Source of the DNA: Basidiobolus meristosporus CBS 931.73
Lineage: Eukaryota; Fungi; Basidiobolomycota
Assembly (NCBI GenBank): GCA_002104905.1
Contig: MCFE01000020.1
Location: 180,100 to 244,099 of the forward strand
DNA length: 64,000 nt
Reading direction: 5' to 3'
The notes under the pieces were generated by a model. The model saw nothing but the letters and a program-made list of their open reading frames with translations, did not search any database and was not told the origin of the DNA. The position numbers were made by a program, and so were the translations under genes. Of the stretch, positions 27,243-40,946 are shown piece after piece; positions within the stretch are counted from its first letter, which is position 1; each line of letters starts with the position of its first letter.

Positions 27243-28435
27243 ATGAACCTCAATGAAGAGATCACCACGATTTTTGTCATCGGGTTTCCCGAGGATATGC
27301 AAGAGAGAGAGTTCCAGAACATGTTCTTGTTCTCGCCTGGCTTCGAGGCGGCGACTCTGAAGGTTTCCCAAGCGAGCGATGCCGATGATGGTCTGCGTAA
27401 ACAAACGGTAAGTGACAAGACGGTCGATATGTAGGCCAATCAACCGATCGTACTCATCAGATGGCTGTTGATTAGATTGGGTTCGCCAAGTTCCGGTCGA
27501 GGTTAGAGGCACTTCAGGCACGGGATATATTGAGTGGCAAGAAGGTGGACCCCGAGCGTGGTTGTCTACTGAAGGCGGAGATGGCCAAAAAGAACCTGCT
27601 AATCAAGAGAAGCCTCCCGGGTGATGGAGGGGCGTTCATGAACTCTAGCATGAACCTGGTCCAAGCCTTGACCCCTAACGATCCGTTCGGCTTTGGCAAG
27701 AAAAAACTCCCCGGAAACTCTTTCCTTCACACAGCGTACGACAGCCTTTTTCCTGGCGGCCCTATTCTTCCTAGTGGGCTGCTTACCTCTCCTCAGCCGC
27801 CGATCCACGACTTCTGCATGGATTACGAGACAGCCAGCCTGGTATCTTCGTCGCCTCCATACGATCACGAGTCACTAGAGATGCATGAGGATATGCAGAA
27901 TCTGGAGAATGGTGTCATCGCCAACGTGTCGCGAGTGGTAGGCTACAACCCCAAGCGCTCCATGACAGCCCCTGCATCGTTCGATGGGATGGACAATTCC
28001 TTTTCTTTCCCAAAGTTCAGTATATCAACCTCACTTTGTGGGCAGAGCAACCTGTTCGGAGGGAATGGGAACCCTTCACCTACCTTCGACCTTCCCCAGC
28101 TCCTGGTCTCCTCATCGTTGCCCTCGAGCTTCATAACCACTCCGCGGGTGAATGCTGGGGATCAAAATCCACCTTGCAACACCCTGTATGTTGGGAATTT
28201 GCCAATGAGCACCTTGGAGGACGAATTACGCCAGCTGTTCTCTGCTCAACCAGGCTATAAGCGACTCTGCTTCCGCATGAAGCCCCACGCAGGGCCAATG
28301 TGCTTTGTGGAGTTTGACGACATACAGTTTGCATCATACACCCTTCACGAGCTTCAAGGGCATCTCCTGAGCAACTCGGTCAAAGGAGGAATCCGGCTAA
28401 GCTATTCCAAGAATCCCCTCGGTGTACGTAGCTGA
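27243..28435 (+). CDS. Two-RRM RNA-binding protein of the Whi3/Whi4/Scw1 type; intron 27408-27475; start may lie further upstream
   Basis: RRM1 '[21 protein letters not shown]...IGFAKF...[10 protein letters not shown]'; RRM2 '[15 protein letters not shown]...GYKRLCFR...GPMCFVEF...[15 protein letters not shown]'. Confidence 0.9.
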
Positions 28436-28819
28436 GCACCTTGACCCCGACCCCGACCCCGACCTTGAGTGGAGCATGCCGCCGAACAAATCTATAGAAC
28501 CCCAATTTTCTCAAGTTCACATTACATTTCACCTCATGTGCCATGATCCAAAGCCCCCGTATACATAACATCCATGCCAAACCTAGCGTGACATTGGGGA
28601 TGCCCTGATTGGGTTCTCGATCTCCGCTCAACTCTGTTGTCTACTTGATCCAAACGACCCGGAATTTATTATATTTATACGTAAATAAATCTTAATATGT
28701 CAGTAGCAGTGAACCGTTGCAAAATGATACACAGGGGAAGAAGAATGGGAATCGGTCAAGTAGAAGCAGTTGAACTATGAACAAAAGAGACGGGACAGAT
28801 GCGAGGAGGGGGATTTCGG

Positions 28820-31800
28820 CTAAGCTAGCAGACTCGTTCCCTTGAATCCGGTCTCTTCTCCTTTGGCGATTTGATCTTCCCACGTCTCCTCATCTTCATC
28901 CATCGGCTCTATTTCAGAGAGAAAGATTTGACTGTTAGGAAGCACACCAAGCTCACGCACACTTACGCCATTGTCCACCAGCTCCTGGTCCAGGAAATAC
29001 AACCGCTGGTAGAGCGGGTTGATATTCAGCTTGTCCATGATCTTGACCTTGATGTCCTTGACCGTGTCGTCTTTCCGGACCGTGATCCTGGCTCGGATGT
29101 TGGATTTCGACCTTTGGGAAGCCCGTGTTCCGGGGGTGGGCCTCCTCTTCGATTTCCCTTCTTCTGGCGACTCCGAGTGGTTGGCCTCTTCTTTCCGGCA
29201 GATGTGGATGACGGCCTCTTGGAAATCAAGCCGGCGATTCACCACGCATTCAGGGCACACGTCGGGGATCGTCTCGTATACCACCTGGTCTTCGACGATG
29301 GGCTTCTTGAATTGCACCTCTGGCCCGCCGGCGTAGTGAGATTGGAACACCGCCCACTCGGAGTCGGTGAGGAAAGAGAGGTTGTTCAGGACCGGTTGGT
29401 CGATGGGATCCGAGAAGTCGTAGTGGAGTTTCCCATGCTGACAGAAAAGGAAGCTGTTGTCGAACTTCTCTGGCCGGGGTTTGCTCCCCGGGTTCCGTAC
29501 GAAGCTTCTCCACTCCTGGATGAAGGCGTTGTCGATCACATAGTAGCTGGGCTCCGACAGAGTGGCCAGCTCCTTTCGACTTTGAATGACCAAATGCCTG
29601 CATTCGTTTCTCTCATCTTCGGCTTCCTTCAGCACCTTCGCCGAAGATGGTTTTCCGCATCCCTGCTCCATAACGCATTTCTCGCACGGTGGCCCAAACT
29701 CACGGGGTGGCTCGTAGTGTGGGAACAGCCTCACCAAGACCTCCACGGCCTTCTGTGGGATTTGCCTGCAATTGGAGAGGTCCAAGGAAACGCCACCATG
29801 GGTGCATCGGACATCCAATCCGTAGGGACCGTATTCGGGAAAGGGATCGCTTGATATATCCTCCCAGTCGAACTCCGGGGCCTTTTTGCACCACTCCTTG
29901 ACCCACGCCTTGGAAATAAGGTATTGCACCTCGGACTTCGCTTTCAGCGCCTTCTCAAACTCCTGGACATCCTTCAGATGCTGGATGTGGTAGCGCCTTT
30001 CCTTTAGAAACTGAAAGGCGCAGTCTCGGCACAGCTGGTCCGTGCTGAACACCTGTTCCCAGTCTGAGTGTTGCTGTGTAAGCAGCTCCCCGCAGACCTG
30101 AAGCTTGGGGATTAGTTCCCTGAATCGGGGGAGGAGGTTTGCCGCAAATTACCTTGTTGACTCGTTTAACCGACTTCATCTGGTACGGGCTGAGGTTCCC
30201 GTGAGCACAAGCCATAGTCGCTGGCGCCGAGGGAGAGCCCTCTGGGCTTGATGACTTCGACTCCTCTGCTTGACCGAAGGGCCCGCAGACCCAATCCTGC
30301 AACAAGGATTTGGGGAAGAAGTAGGAGTATTCGGCTTCATCAGTGACATGCCAAGCAGAGTAGATGACCCGCCTGCTTTCTCTTTCACGATCGAACTCCT
30401 CTCGTGCCGAGAGTAACGATTTGCTCTGCGCGTGGGCTTGTCGATGTGTCAGGTGGTTGACCTGTTGGACTTCTTGCATGATGGCGTCCATCGGCTGGGC
30501 CATCTGTGGCTCGACCATCTTACGCTTAGTATAGATAAGCATGTAGGCATCCCGCGAAGAGCAGTAATCCCCCTCACCCTCGGTTAGGTCCGCGGTGTCA
30601 TCATCGGTCTTGGCTTTTTCCGCCCCCGTAGACCTCTTTCTTTTGGACTTGGTTTCGTTGGGGGTTTGAAGATTGAGAATGGGGCCTTCGTTAGTCACTT
30701 TTTCATCATCGAACTTGAACCAGCACTGTTTACTAGAAATGGACAATTAGAAATGATCCCGAAGAGAGCCCGCGTTATGGCTGCAAACATTACCCTGCGT
30801 TGAATACATATGCTGAATAATGCCCTGAATAGGCGCTTGGCCCTTCGTGTGTGAGCACTGCAGTAAGGTCATACACATAGCTCGAATCACTCTCCGCCGC
30901 AGACTCACTGGGCACTGCTCCCTTCTGGGTTTCGCCATCAGGGCTGGGAGCCATTTCGCTTTCTTTGGATGGCTTCCTAGGCCCTTTGTCTGACTGGTCT
31001 GACTTCGATCCATCGATCGGGTCAGTGCTCTGAGCCTCTCCCTCCTCCGGCTTCGGTGTTTGTGTGCTTCCGTTGCTGGGTCGTTTCGGAGGTAGGAAGG
31101 CGCTGGACGGTTCAGAGGAGCTAGGCACCGGCGAATTGGGCTGGCTCAAGGCTTCGGTGCCGACGTCAATAGCCTGGTCGGCACTTTCGCTGGCATCTGG
31201 ATCGTGAACGACATCACTTCGAGGCTCTTGGGCAACATCCTCGTCCAGTGTCGTAACATCAATGATGTTCTCGCCCAAGGTGGATGTCGCCGGGCTGCCA
31301 GGGGAGTCATCGACATCCGTGATATTCACGAATTCCTCGGTCTCCAGGCCCGAGCCACTGGGCTCGCTTTTCACCACGGCTTTGGGATGATGGTCGCCAT
31401 CTTTGGCGAATCTTTTCCGCTTCCGGTCAAGCGACGCCCCCTTGATGAATTCCACCGCACTGCTTCTTCTTCTCCTGGGCGAAGAGTCGAGGAGCATACG
31501 GGCGTCCAACGCCCTGGGAAACCGGATGCGGGCGGTATTCTTCTTCTTCGTAAACGTTTTGGTGTCGTAAACAAACCGCATCAACTGGACGTTCAAAACC
31601 TACCGAAACGAGTGGAGTAAGTGAAGAGGCCCGACCGGTGTCTGTGGTGCTATACCTACATTCGGTAACCTGCTGATTCGGGTTGTACGCGTGGCATTTT
31701 GCTTCGAATCGCACTCGGAACAGAAATACCTAGGTGGCAGCGAGGTCAGACTGGATCAGCTGGTGTACCAAGCAGATCCCAGTGGGAGAGAATAACATAC

Positions 31801-33067
31801 TGGTCCTCGCCTTTCATGGTTTCGGGCTTCAGGAAGCGTTCGACGCATTGCTCCAGGGAGGAGTTATCCTACGGAGGAATGGTGAGTTGCCTGAAGTCAG
31901 CCGTTGCTTGGGATTCTGGGTTGCAGATGATACCTTGATGTTTAGCTCCAGCTCGTGAAACATTTCCCGACGTTGAGAGATTCTTTTGCACTTGGAGCAT
32001 TTGGTTCCATATTCGTATTCCCCCTCAAACTATGAGCGTGTTGGGATGTGTTCAACGGTCCGTGATGGTCAAGCGAGATGCTTACCTGATCTTTGAATAA
32101 ATTCCGAAGGTTTACCTTCTCCTGCGTCTCGAATATGCTATTCAGCAGAGCGGTGAAAAGCTTGCTGAACCTAAGGCAGTAGGGATTCGTCATCGCAAAC
32201 TCTCCTCTGTTAAACCGCAACCACTTACTCTTGGACATCTTGCTCCTCGTCGGCATTCAGCTCAAGTGCCTCAACAAACTGAACAGGATCGTAGGTGTCT
32301 TGATGTCCGTACTCAAGGAAGGCAAAAGCTCGCTGTAGCTGGAAACATATGGGGTTCTTGAGGAAAGGAGAACCGGTTGGGTTAATCAACACTAAGGCGC
32401 TCGTTTGATGCGACACTTACCCTCTGTTCCTTGTGCTCGAATTCGTAGATCCCCTTCCTTATGTTGAGGTTGTAAAACCAGACCTACAGTGGCTCAAGAG
32501 TTAAACAGAGGCCAACCGCTTCTACCAACCGAACCTCACCTGCAACAGAGAGTTCACGTAGCACGTGGCCCCGAGGTTCTATCGGTAAACCGGGTTATTC
32601 AGAGTGCGCACGAAAGACAACGTCTCGGACAAAACCAGTACCTTCAAGCCGACAGGATTTCCTTCCGTTCGAGTGCGTACCCCCGCATGGGTCGTGGACA
32701 ACCCTTTAATCTGGCAATATCTCTCGAACGAGTCTTGTAAAGAAAAAACCCACAACGTTAGAACCCAGTCTCCACGAAAAACACGTCAACAACCCCGCCA
32801 ACTTTCCCAACACCCACCCTCTCTCTCCCAGTACTCTTGGCCGAGATGGTTCAAACAATTCGGGTTCTCCTTGCACCGGGAATTGGTACAGCGGGTCTTC
32901 TTCTCCACAGAAACGCGTGGGGAGTATCTGTTTGGACAGTATGGCTTGCCGGCGGTGCTGGTGATGCCGTAGAACTTAGCGAGGTGATTCAGGGTGATCT
33001 TGTCCACCGACTCCAAAGACGCGTCATTTATCCAGGAAGACTGGTCGCCGCGTTTCGAGTTTGACAT
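28820..33067 (-). CDS. USP48: Ubiquitin C-terminal hydrolase, USP48/UBP26-like (USP domain, DUSP-like repeats, C-terminal Ubl); multi-exon
   Basis: N-terminal 'CKENPNCLNHLGQEYW'; Cys box 'NLGATCYVNSLLQ'; His box 'YDLTAVLTHEGPSAYSGHY' and 'WFKFDDEKV'; 'SSRDAYMLIY'; C-terminal Ubl ending 'GFKGTSLLA'. Confidence 0.9.
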
Positions 33068-33542
33068 CAGGGGAGGCTTCCTTGCTGCGTATGGACTTGT
33101 GGAATATTGATATGGACAGGGTTGGCTAGAGTGTGTGTTATCAGAAAACTGGACCTGGACCAGGATGCAGGCATGTGTTGATGAGATGGGCAACCACGGC
33201 ACAGATTAGAGACTAATTGATCGCAATGGGACGAAGCCAATCAATTTCCAACCAACCTGACCACAGTCAAATCAAGTGTTTAGCCACACATCACGTCCGA
33301 TGGATTTAAGTCTGGCATTAGCCAGCTGCAGAAAGTTGTTTAGAAATTGAAAAATTTCGTGGATTTGTTCGGATCGAATTTTTTTATGCGCTATTTCTTG
33401 GGTGGATAGGGTTGATAGGGTGCGATCATTGGTAACCGGCGACAACCAAGGCTTGATTCGTCGTCCAGGTCGAAAATATCTGTAGACTTGACAGTAGCTT
33501 GCTTGCCCGTTGAAAAGTTGTTTTTCTGGTTTATTGATACAA

Positions 33543-36500
33543 ATGGAACATAGAGGAGGTTCGTTCGTTCGTTAGTTCACATTTCGCTTCCCTTGCATGC
33601 TGTTACTTACCTGAGATCATCACACAGGTCACGGTAGACGGTCTAGAGGGGGTAAAGTGCTTTGATCTCAACTGGGTTAGATTCAAGAGATCCTAAACAC
33701 ATGCGCGTTTTGCTTAGGTGATTATCATGATCGAAAGAGGCATAGAGGACCACCTCCCTCCAGACTTGATGAAGTCGAGGACATCGAGAAACGCTTGGCG
33801 TCGCTGATCATTCGCGTCGGTGATAAGGTAGATTCCTGGCATCAGCTTACTTGGCCCACCATGGATCTGTAACTCTTCCTGCCCCTAGGCCACGAATACC
33901 CTCCAGGCGAATCTGGAAGCCCTAACCGGGATTTTAGAGAGAGACTTCTCGAAACATTCCGAAGGCATTCTGAAGACAATCTTGTCGTGGTAGGTGCAAC
34001 TACAGTGCTAATTCGGAGCTGAGCGCTCACCCTGAGCGGCTTCAAACACTAACCCGTATCATTCTGAACAGCATCGCCGAGCTTCCCATGAAGAATGCTA
34101 TCTATGGCGCACTTGCTGGTCTGCTCAATGCCAAAAGCTACGATATTGGCAGCGCCATTGTAAAAGCCTGCTTTGAGCAACTCACCAAATCCCTGGAGCA
34201 GGGAGAGTGGCTCAAGGCGAAATTAACGGTAACCCCTTTTTCCGACGATGTCTGGTTACCCTTCTTTGCCGCTAACCCATTACAAGGTTCGCTTCTTTGG
34301 CGAGCTGGTCAATGCGAACGTTATATTGCCAACAACCTTGATCATTCTCTACGACAATCTACTGAGTGTTCTGAATGAGCCCTCTATCAAGCAAGTAAGT
34401 GGGCCGATGGTCCTTGACGGAACTTGGCAGCCGAATAACTCAACTTCATCGTAGGACCGTGCGGATTGCTTTGTGTGGATTGTACTGTCTTCACTCCCTT
34501 GGGTATGTTCAAGCCAACCTGGCTATGGTCTCGCCGTATGATCACTCAATATTCCCTCGCACTTGCAGGTTGCTCGCGGTATCTGCGATCGTAACCCCCA
34601 CGACTTTATGAGAGTCATATCTGTTCTGGACAAATATATGCAAAAGCGCAAGGAGACCTACGACTTCTCCTCGCTGGAGGTTGTCTCAGTGTACAAGGAA
34701 GATGTTGCTTACGAGCAGAAAGAGGTAAGCCGGTGTTTGCCTAGTGCCGTGCTGAAGGGTGGACCTTGCCTAACTTTGGTTGCTATTAGATGCTCTTCGT
34801 TCTCTGGGACCAGATCAGCGCCCTGAAGGATCAAGATTGGGAGGTGGGTAGCCAGTGGCTTCTTCCGTTGGCAGACTTTGGCTAACAGAGTCTACAGATT
34901 AACACATTAGTTCAACCCTTCACCTACTTCGAGAGCATCCTTGGAGGAGCCCAACAGGTAACCGGATATTCCCCCGCTGCTTGTCGCCAACCTACTAAGG
35001 TGCCTCTTTTTGTAGCACGATCTTCCTGTCCTGGAGGTTCCCAAAGAGGCTCCATCGATGACCTACCCACTCCCACGTGTTGTTTTCCAGCTTTATGACG
35101 GAGATTATCCCAGCGTATGTTCATCTCAGCTTAGGCCTGGCTCATCGGACTCAACAGCTAAATACACCTGTAGTTTGCAGCTGCGTACACTTACCCTATC
35201 ACTCGCTACTTGCTTCACGAGATCATTTCCGAGACCATTCATATCTATGAGGTCAATCGCAAGGAATGCATCAAATATCTTGTGAACGTCCAGTATGCGT
35301 TCAACAGCGACATCTTTATCCAAACCCCCCTCCAACCAGCAGACGAGGAAAAGCCATCGGAGGGAGACAAGATGGAGGAGGATAAAGAGGGGGCATGGAA
35401 GTGCCGACTCCAAGAAGCAATCATCGAGGTGACTTGAATCCATCCGTTACCACAGTTGCCCGATCGAGCTAACGTGTTTGGGAACGCTGCGTAGGAAATC
35501 TTTGCTTACATATTTAGATTGCCCCAGCCCGAATACAAGCAGGTTTACTACACCTCGTTGATGTCTGAGCTGTGCAAAGCAGCCCCCGACACGTTCCCAC
35601 TTTCGATATCCTTTCATCTCTGTTCGGACCATTAATGGCCTAAATGGCCTATCCAGACCCCACAGTCCGCTGTCCTTAACTTACTAGCACCTAGGTAGAG
35701 CTACCAAGACGATCTACGATCGCTTGAACGCGATGGACTTGGAGTGTGTGCACAGATTCTATGACTGGTTCGCCATGCATCTGAGTAACTTTGGATTTAT
35801 CTGGAACTGGAGTGATTGGTAAGCCTGATATGAAGCCAATGGGCGCGCGCATGAGCCCTGCTAATCAGCACTTTCCTGGCGTAGGTCTGCCCAGCTTCAA
35901 GAGGACAAGGCGTCCCCCAAGTACGTCTTCATCCGGGAGGCTCTGGAGAAGCTTATCAAGTATTTGCCAAGGTTTTTGTCTGCCGACTGGGCTGGAGCTA
36001 ACTGGAATTTGCTGCGCTAGGTTGTCCTACTACGAAAGAGTCAAGGGCACTCTTCCCGAGGATTTCTTATCCATGATTCCCCCGGCGGCCCCTGGGATCG
36101 AGTTCAAGTACCAAACCCCTGGAACAGGTATCGTCTCTTCCCCTTCGCCTCTTATCCGCCAGCATACTAACGGCGTCGACGAACACGCCAGACGAGGACC
36201 TGAACAACCTGGTGTCTACTCTGGTTCAGAAGCTTAGGGCGAAGGCATCCTCGGATGATATCCAGGAGATCCTAAACGCGTACGTCCCTGCCAACGCAAG
36301 CGAGCTTGACGAGAAGGCCGTCACCTCGCTGAAATTCGATATCGTCATGCAGTGTGTGCTGATGGTTGGCAGTAAGAGTTTCAGTCACTCGTTGAACGTC
36401 ATCGAGAGGTAAGATTTGGCGCAGGCGAGGGATTCCCCAGCGAGAGATGCTCAACCGATTCCTCCACCCAGATACCTAGCAATTCTGCAAAAGTACGCTG

Positions 36501-37403
36501 CCTCCGCCGAAGACAAGATCACCACCATCGAGATCGTCGCCTCTTGCTGGAAACACAACACACAGGTAAATCGCCAACGTCAGCCAAGCTAGCACGCAGC
36601 AACTGACCCCACCCGCAACCAGTTTCTAGGCATCTTGCTGGATAAATTGCTCAACTACCGCATTGTGGATCCCACCTCCATCATCGCGTGGGTGTTTGGA
36701 GATCTGAGTAAGACTGCTGACAGGTAAGTGCCCAGAGTCGCCGCCCCACAGTCATGGCCGTTAACAGCCGAGCCTCTTAGGGCGTACAAACTGGAGATTC
36801 TCCAGAACACCTTGAACAAGGTGATCTCCCGTGTGGACCTGGTGCAGGTCAAGGTAGACTCGGCGAAGAAAGGTAACCGCACGAATCCCATTTGTCCAGG
36901 TCGATTCTAATCACGTTCGATGTAGACGAAGCAACTCCGGAGCATATTCGCAGTCTGGAATCCACCCTCAGCGTGGTTTACCGCGAACAGAAGGAGGTGT
37001 TTTTGGCAGTGTTCGAGGTAAGCGAGACCCAAGTAACCCTTGGGCGTGGCCCCCTGCTAACTGGCCCGTCTCTAGAAATTCGTCACCGTCTTGACCGAAA
37101 AGATCGTTGAATGCGAGAGCAGTGGGATCGAGCCCGCCAGCAACTGGTTGTACAAATGGATAGCCGGGTTGTTCATCGCAGTCGGAAGATTGGTAAGTGA
37201 GGTTGCCCCCCCCCCCGACAGCGGTCGACGTGACTAACCACCAGACACTATTCCAGTACCGCAAGCAAATCTCCGGCTCCCTAGTCACCATCGAGTCGAT
37301 CGTGTTCTCGGAAGCCGTTCACCCCAGCATCCTTAAGCTGTTCGAGCAGGTCAAACGCTTGATCACCGACCGTAACAAGGAAATGGTTTATCAATTATCG
37401 TGA
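33543..37403 (+). CDS. NCBP1: Nuclear cap-binding complex large subunit (CBP80/Sto1); many introns including one AT-AC intron; first exons uncertain
   Basis: 'IEKRLASLIIRVGDK', 'IYGALAGLLNAK', 'VRFFGELVNAN', 'ELCKAAP...LGRAT', 'RFYDWFAMHLSNFGFIWNWSDW', 'LMVGSKSFSHSLNVIER'. Confidence 0.93.
35606..35690 (+). other. U12-type (minor spliceosome) AT-AC intron in NCBP1
   Basis: 5' site ATATCCTTT, branch TCCTTAAC at 35673-35680, 3' end GCAC; removal joins '...PDTFPLS' to 'LGRATKTIYDRL' in frame. Confidence 0.93.
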
Positions 37404-37558
37404 TTTTATTTGTTATTCCCCACGACCGCTATCACGGTGTTCTTAGGAAAATAAAGCTTCGTATATGAAAAGTTTATTGCAGTGGAAGTGGGGGGACTGA
37501 CGGAGCGTGGGTACGGGGATTGGTGCGGAGGAGTGGAGATTAGGGTCACGAATGTAGT

Positions 37559-38491
37559 TTAGGATCTCTTTTGCTTGGCTGCCTCAAATCGAGTGGGCCC
37601 CTCGATGCTTGCTAACCAGCAGACGCCGACTAGCAGGATGAGAATCATGATAAATGAGGTCAGCAAGCCCGTGAGGAGACCGATGGACCAGAACTTGCTA
37701 GTCCATTTCCCGGCGCTGGTATCGTTTTTGCCTGGATTGGTGGTTGGCCCAGGAATGGAGACCGAGCTGGTTGGGGTGGTGTCACCAGACTGGGTGGGAG
37801 TGACGTCCAGTTGACGCTTTTGTAGGTGGGCTTTGTGATCCAAGACCACTACGTAGTCCTCGGTAACACTTTGGATGTGCTCGAGGGCCAATTCCACGGA
37901 GCCTGTGTCAGAAAATCCAGATAGCTTAGTACACCCCACCCTCACAACCATGCAGCAAAGAGATTACCTTTAGCTCCAGAAACAACGTATGGAGCTCCTG
38001 GTTTCAAGTCCTCGACTTCGATAAAGAAGGTAAGTAATCAGGCATAGCACCGGTTTTGATCAAGGTCCTAGTTACCTTGGGCGAGATCCAAAGGCTCCGC
38101 GTCGCAGCTACTCTTGAGGTACTCGACATTTTCGGTGTAGACTGGGCCGTTACCGATCATGCGCTACAAAATCAGGGTTCGAGGTGAGCAAGCTGTCGAC
38201 ATAGGCCAGATCGCTACCTAGGCCAACATCGTGGGCCAAGAAGTACTCACCTTGTGCAACGAGAAGCTCGGGGAATCCATGTATTCTGCGGTCTATGGGA
38301 AATTTGCCAGCAAATATCGCTTAGCAATGCGTGGGAGAAGCTGTCAATGGGCTTAGCTAAGCAAGTACCTGTTGATTGTTTAAAACCACTGCGACCTTGG
38401 CAGGGCAGCCTACCGGGGCCTCGGCGTAGGCGGTGGCAACGAAGGAGGTGGCCAGAAGCGCGAGTATCTTAAAAACGCGGGGGGAGTACAT
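37559..38491 (-). CDS. Type I membrane protein, V-ATPase accessory Voa1/Ac45 (Big1-like) family; about five exons
   Basis: Signal peptide 'MYSPRVFKILALLATSFVATAYA'; Ser/Thr-rich stalk after 'LQKR'; C-terminal 'FWSIGLLTGLLTSFIMILILLVGVCWLASIEGPTRFE' resembles the Ac45/Voa1 TM motif. Confidence 0.75.
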
Positions 38492-39242
38492 ACTGCTTGA
38501 CTTCGAATCGAAAAACAACTAGGGAGAGGACGAGCGGGGCCAAAGAGTCAGCTGGTAGGGAAGTTTATGAAAATCCACGGATCACACAACCGATCTACAT
38601 ATGTTCTCGCTTAGCCGGATCCGCCATGTGGTGAGGACCCCTAGCTTCGGGTTACCCTTGCAACTCCTCTGCCACTTTACCAATCGTTCCCTGGTCCCGA
38701 AATGCCATTTGATCAGATCAATTAATCTATATTGTTTTAACCAAAATCACCATGGAATTGGTATAATTGTGCTGGATGGATTTATTCTGATTGAATACGT
38801 CATCGCACGGTTCCGTCGATTCATGCCTCCATTTTTATTCAACCCACCTCAAATGACCGCATCTCCATCCCAAGGCGTCCATTCGAGGCACAATGGAACC
38901 CTAGGAAGTTCTCTGTTCGATCTGTATTTGGTTAAACAAGATGATTTATTCGTTGGGTGTTTTTGACGGTAACGGACTAATCGACTAGGGCCAAATCAAT
39001 CTTGGAAAGAATTCCAGAGTTTCCTTCTGTCCAACTTCGCATTGTCGCCCAGCCTGCTGTGGGTAGGCGGTGAGGTAAGGGTTGGGTGGGGTGAGTAGAT
39101 CGAGCGCTGACTAGCTGGAAATCAGGGATTTTTATTGAGCTTAATTAGGTACCAAAATGGACAGGCGAATAATGCATGGAGCGGTGGGTATTATAGGTTA
39201 TTACGAATTGGTGTCGCACATTGTGCGCGAATGCCTGGATGC

Positions 39243-40946
39243 TTATTTCTCCTTGTCGAAAACTGTCCAGGGGATGTTGAAGAGGACAAATGGAGTGTAG
39301 TCCTTGTCGATAAGACCTTGATATTCATCCATATGATCGTTGTGGTCTTCCTGGCCAAATGAGCCGCCAAGGCTGGCGTACCTCTTGATCAGAAGATCGC
39401 GAATCTTCGAGTCGCCCTTGGCCTTCGGCTAAATCCAACGGTTGGTAAGCAAATGGGTGTTTGAGAAGCGTGGTCTAGTCATCAGTCCCATACCTTGATC
39501 ATAGCCGAACTGTAGTCCAGTGGCAGGCCGTATCTCAAGACAGACTCGACGAAAACCCTAAGGACCTTGATGTGAATCCAGGCCGAAAACACTTCACCGA
39601 AGCTAGTCTTGCACCATTGAAGAAGAGATTTCTAGAGTCGCGCTTAGCCTACCTCTGTAGCTTGTAGCATCTGCGGGTTCACGCATATGTACTTACCCAT
39701 TGCTCTCTCTCCGACGCCTCGGTCTCCTCGTATTCTCTCTTGTCCTCCTCCAACTGCTCTTCATTGTACTCGAATTCTCTGACGATGAATCTGATTCATA
39801 ACGATTAGCATCTAAATCCGGTGGAACAGCATATCTTTGGCCATGGCTCACTCACTTTTCCTCTCTACATTTAAGACTGAAGTCGTTGACCACACGCTTG
39901 AAAACGCTGACAGAGAACAGACCGTAATCGTTGTCTTCGGCGATTTTGCTGGAATTTGGAGTGATCAATAGAAGGCAATTATTCAAAATGGCCAACCATG
40001 CTGCTTACGAGGAAGATCTAGGCACCACCATCTCGGTAAGAGTTTCGTACTTGGCCTCCCACTCCTTGTACAAGTTCCTACAGTGCCAAGAATGCTAAGG
40101 TGAGTCCTAACGGGATCAATGTATCTAAGCGAAAAGCTTGTACAGACTTTGGGACAGCAACAAAGAGGGTTTGAAGATACTCAGAGTCGAGGACACAGTT
40201 TTCCTTCTTGACGATATCAGCAAGACCACGGACAGCCAGGTTACCGCTAAATCTGGGCTTTAGCACTAGTAAGAAATATCTTGGCCAAACAAAACCCTTA
40301 CGTTTGCTTTCTCTCAATATTGGTTAAAGAGCTCTTCACGCTGTTGTATTGGCTCATCTTTGCCTTCATTGAGGAATCCAGAGAGCTCCCCTCCTGTATA
40401 GCGAGTTATGATTGGGCCGTTCTTGCTTTACATACTAAAGACACTTGCCTGATTAATAAGCTCCGCGATTTCCTTCAAGGCCTTGTCGGAGCGATATTTC
40501 ATGGAATTCCACTGGAAAGATTTGAGGAAGTGATCGACAGGCTCTATAAGCAACTGTTAGGGAATTTGCAACAATATGACCGCCGTAAGTCCAGTCATGA
40601 AAACAACTTACTCTCGTTGACGGTCAGGGCCTCCTCGAGCTGGGCCAAGTCCCCACGCAAGAGGGCTTTAAGGTTGTCGACCATTTTGACGACAGTGGAT
40701 TCGAAAGCCTGGTCATACTTGACCAAGTCATCAGACAAGATAACCAAAGTATCTAAGGTACCAATCTTTGCAAGTTGATTAACACACGAGCCCAGCATGA
40801 GGCAGAGCCCAAGCTTAGCTTACCTTAAATTCAGGAAGCTCAAGCGCGCTGGCCTCGGCGACCTCATTGATAGAGGTGCGCAGGCTTTGGAAGGAAGAGT
40901 CCTTACTGCCGTTGGCAGGAACTGATACGAGCCAGTATTGGGGCAT
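39243..40946 (-). CDS. VMA5: V-type ATPase V1 subunit C; multi-exon, one GC-AG intron
   Basis: '[10 protein letters not shown]', '[18 protein letters not shown]', 'FQWNSMKY', '[13 protein letters not shown]', '[13 protein letters not shown]', 'MVVPRSS'. Confidence 0.95.

Noticed and set aside
33604-33613. Perfect antisense donor CAG|GTAAGTA inside the NCBP1 5' region, suggesting an overlapping USP48 5' UTR exon
   Set aside because: Single motif with no other support; needs transcript data
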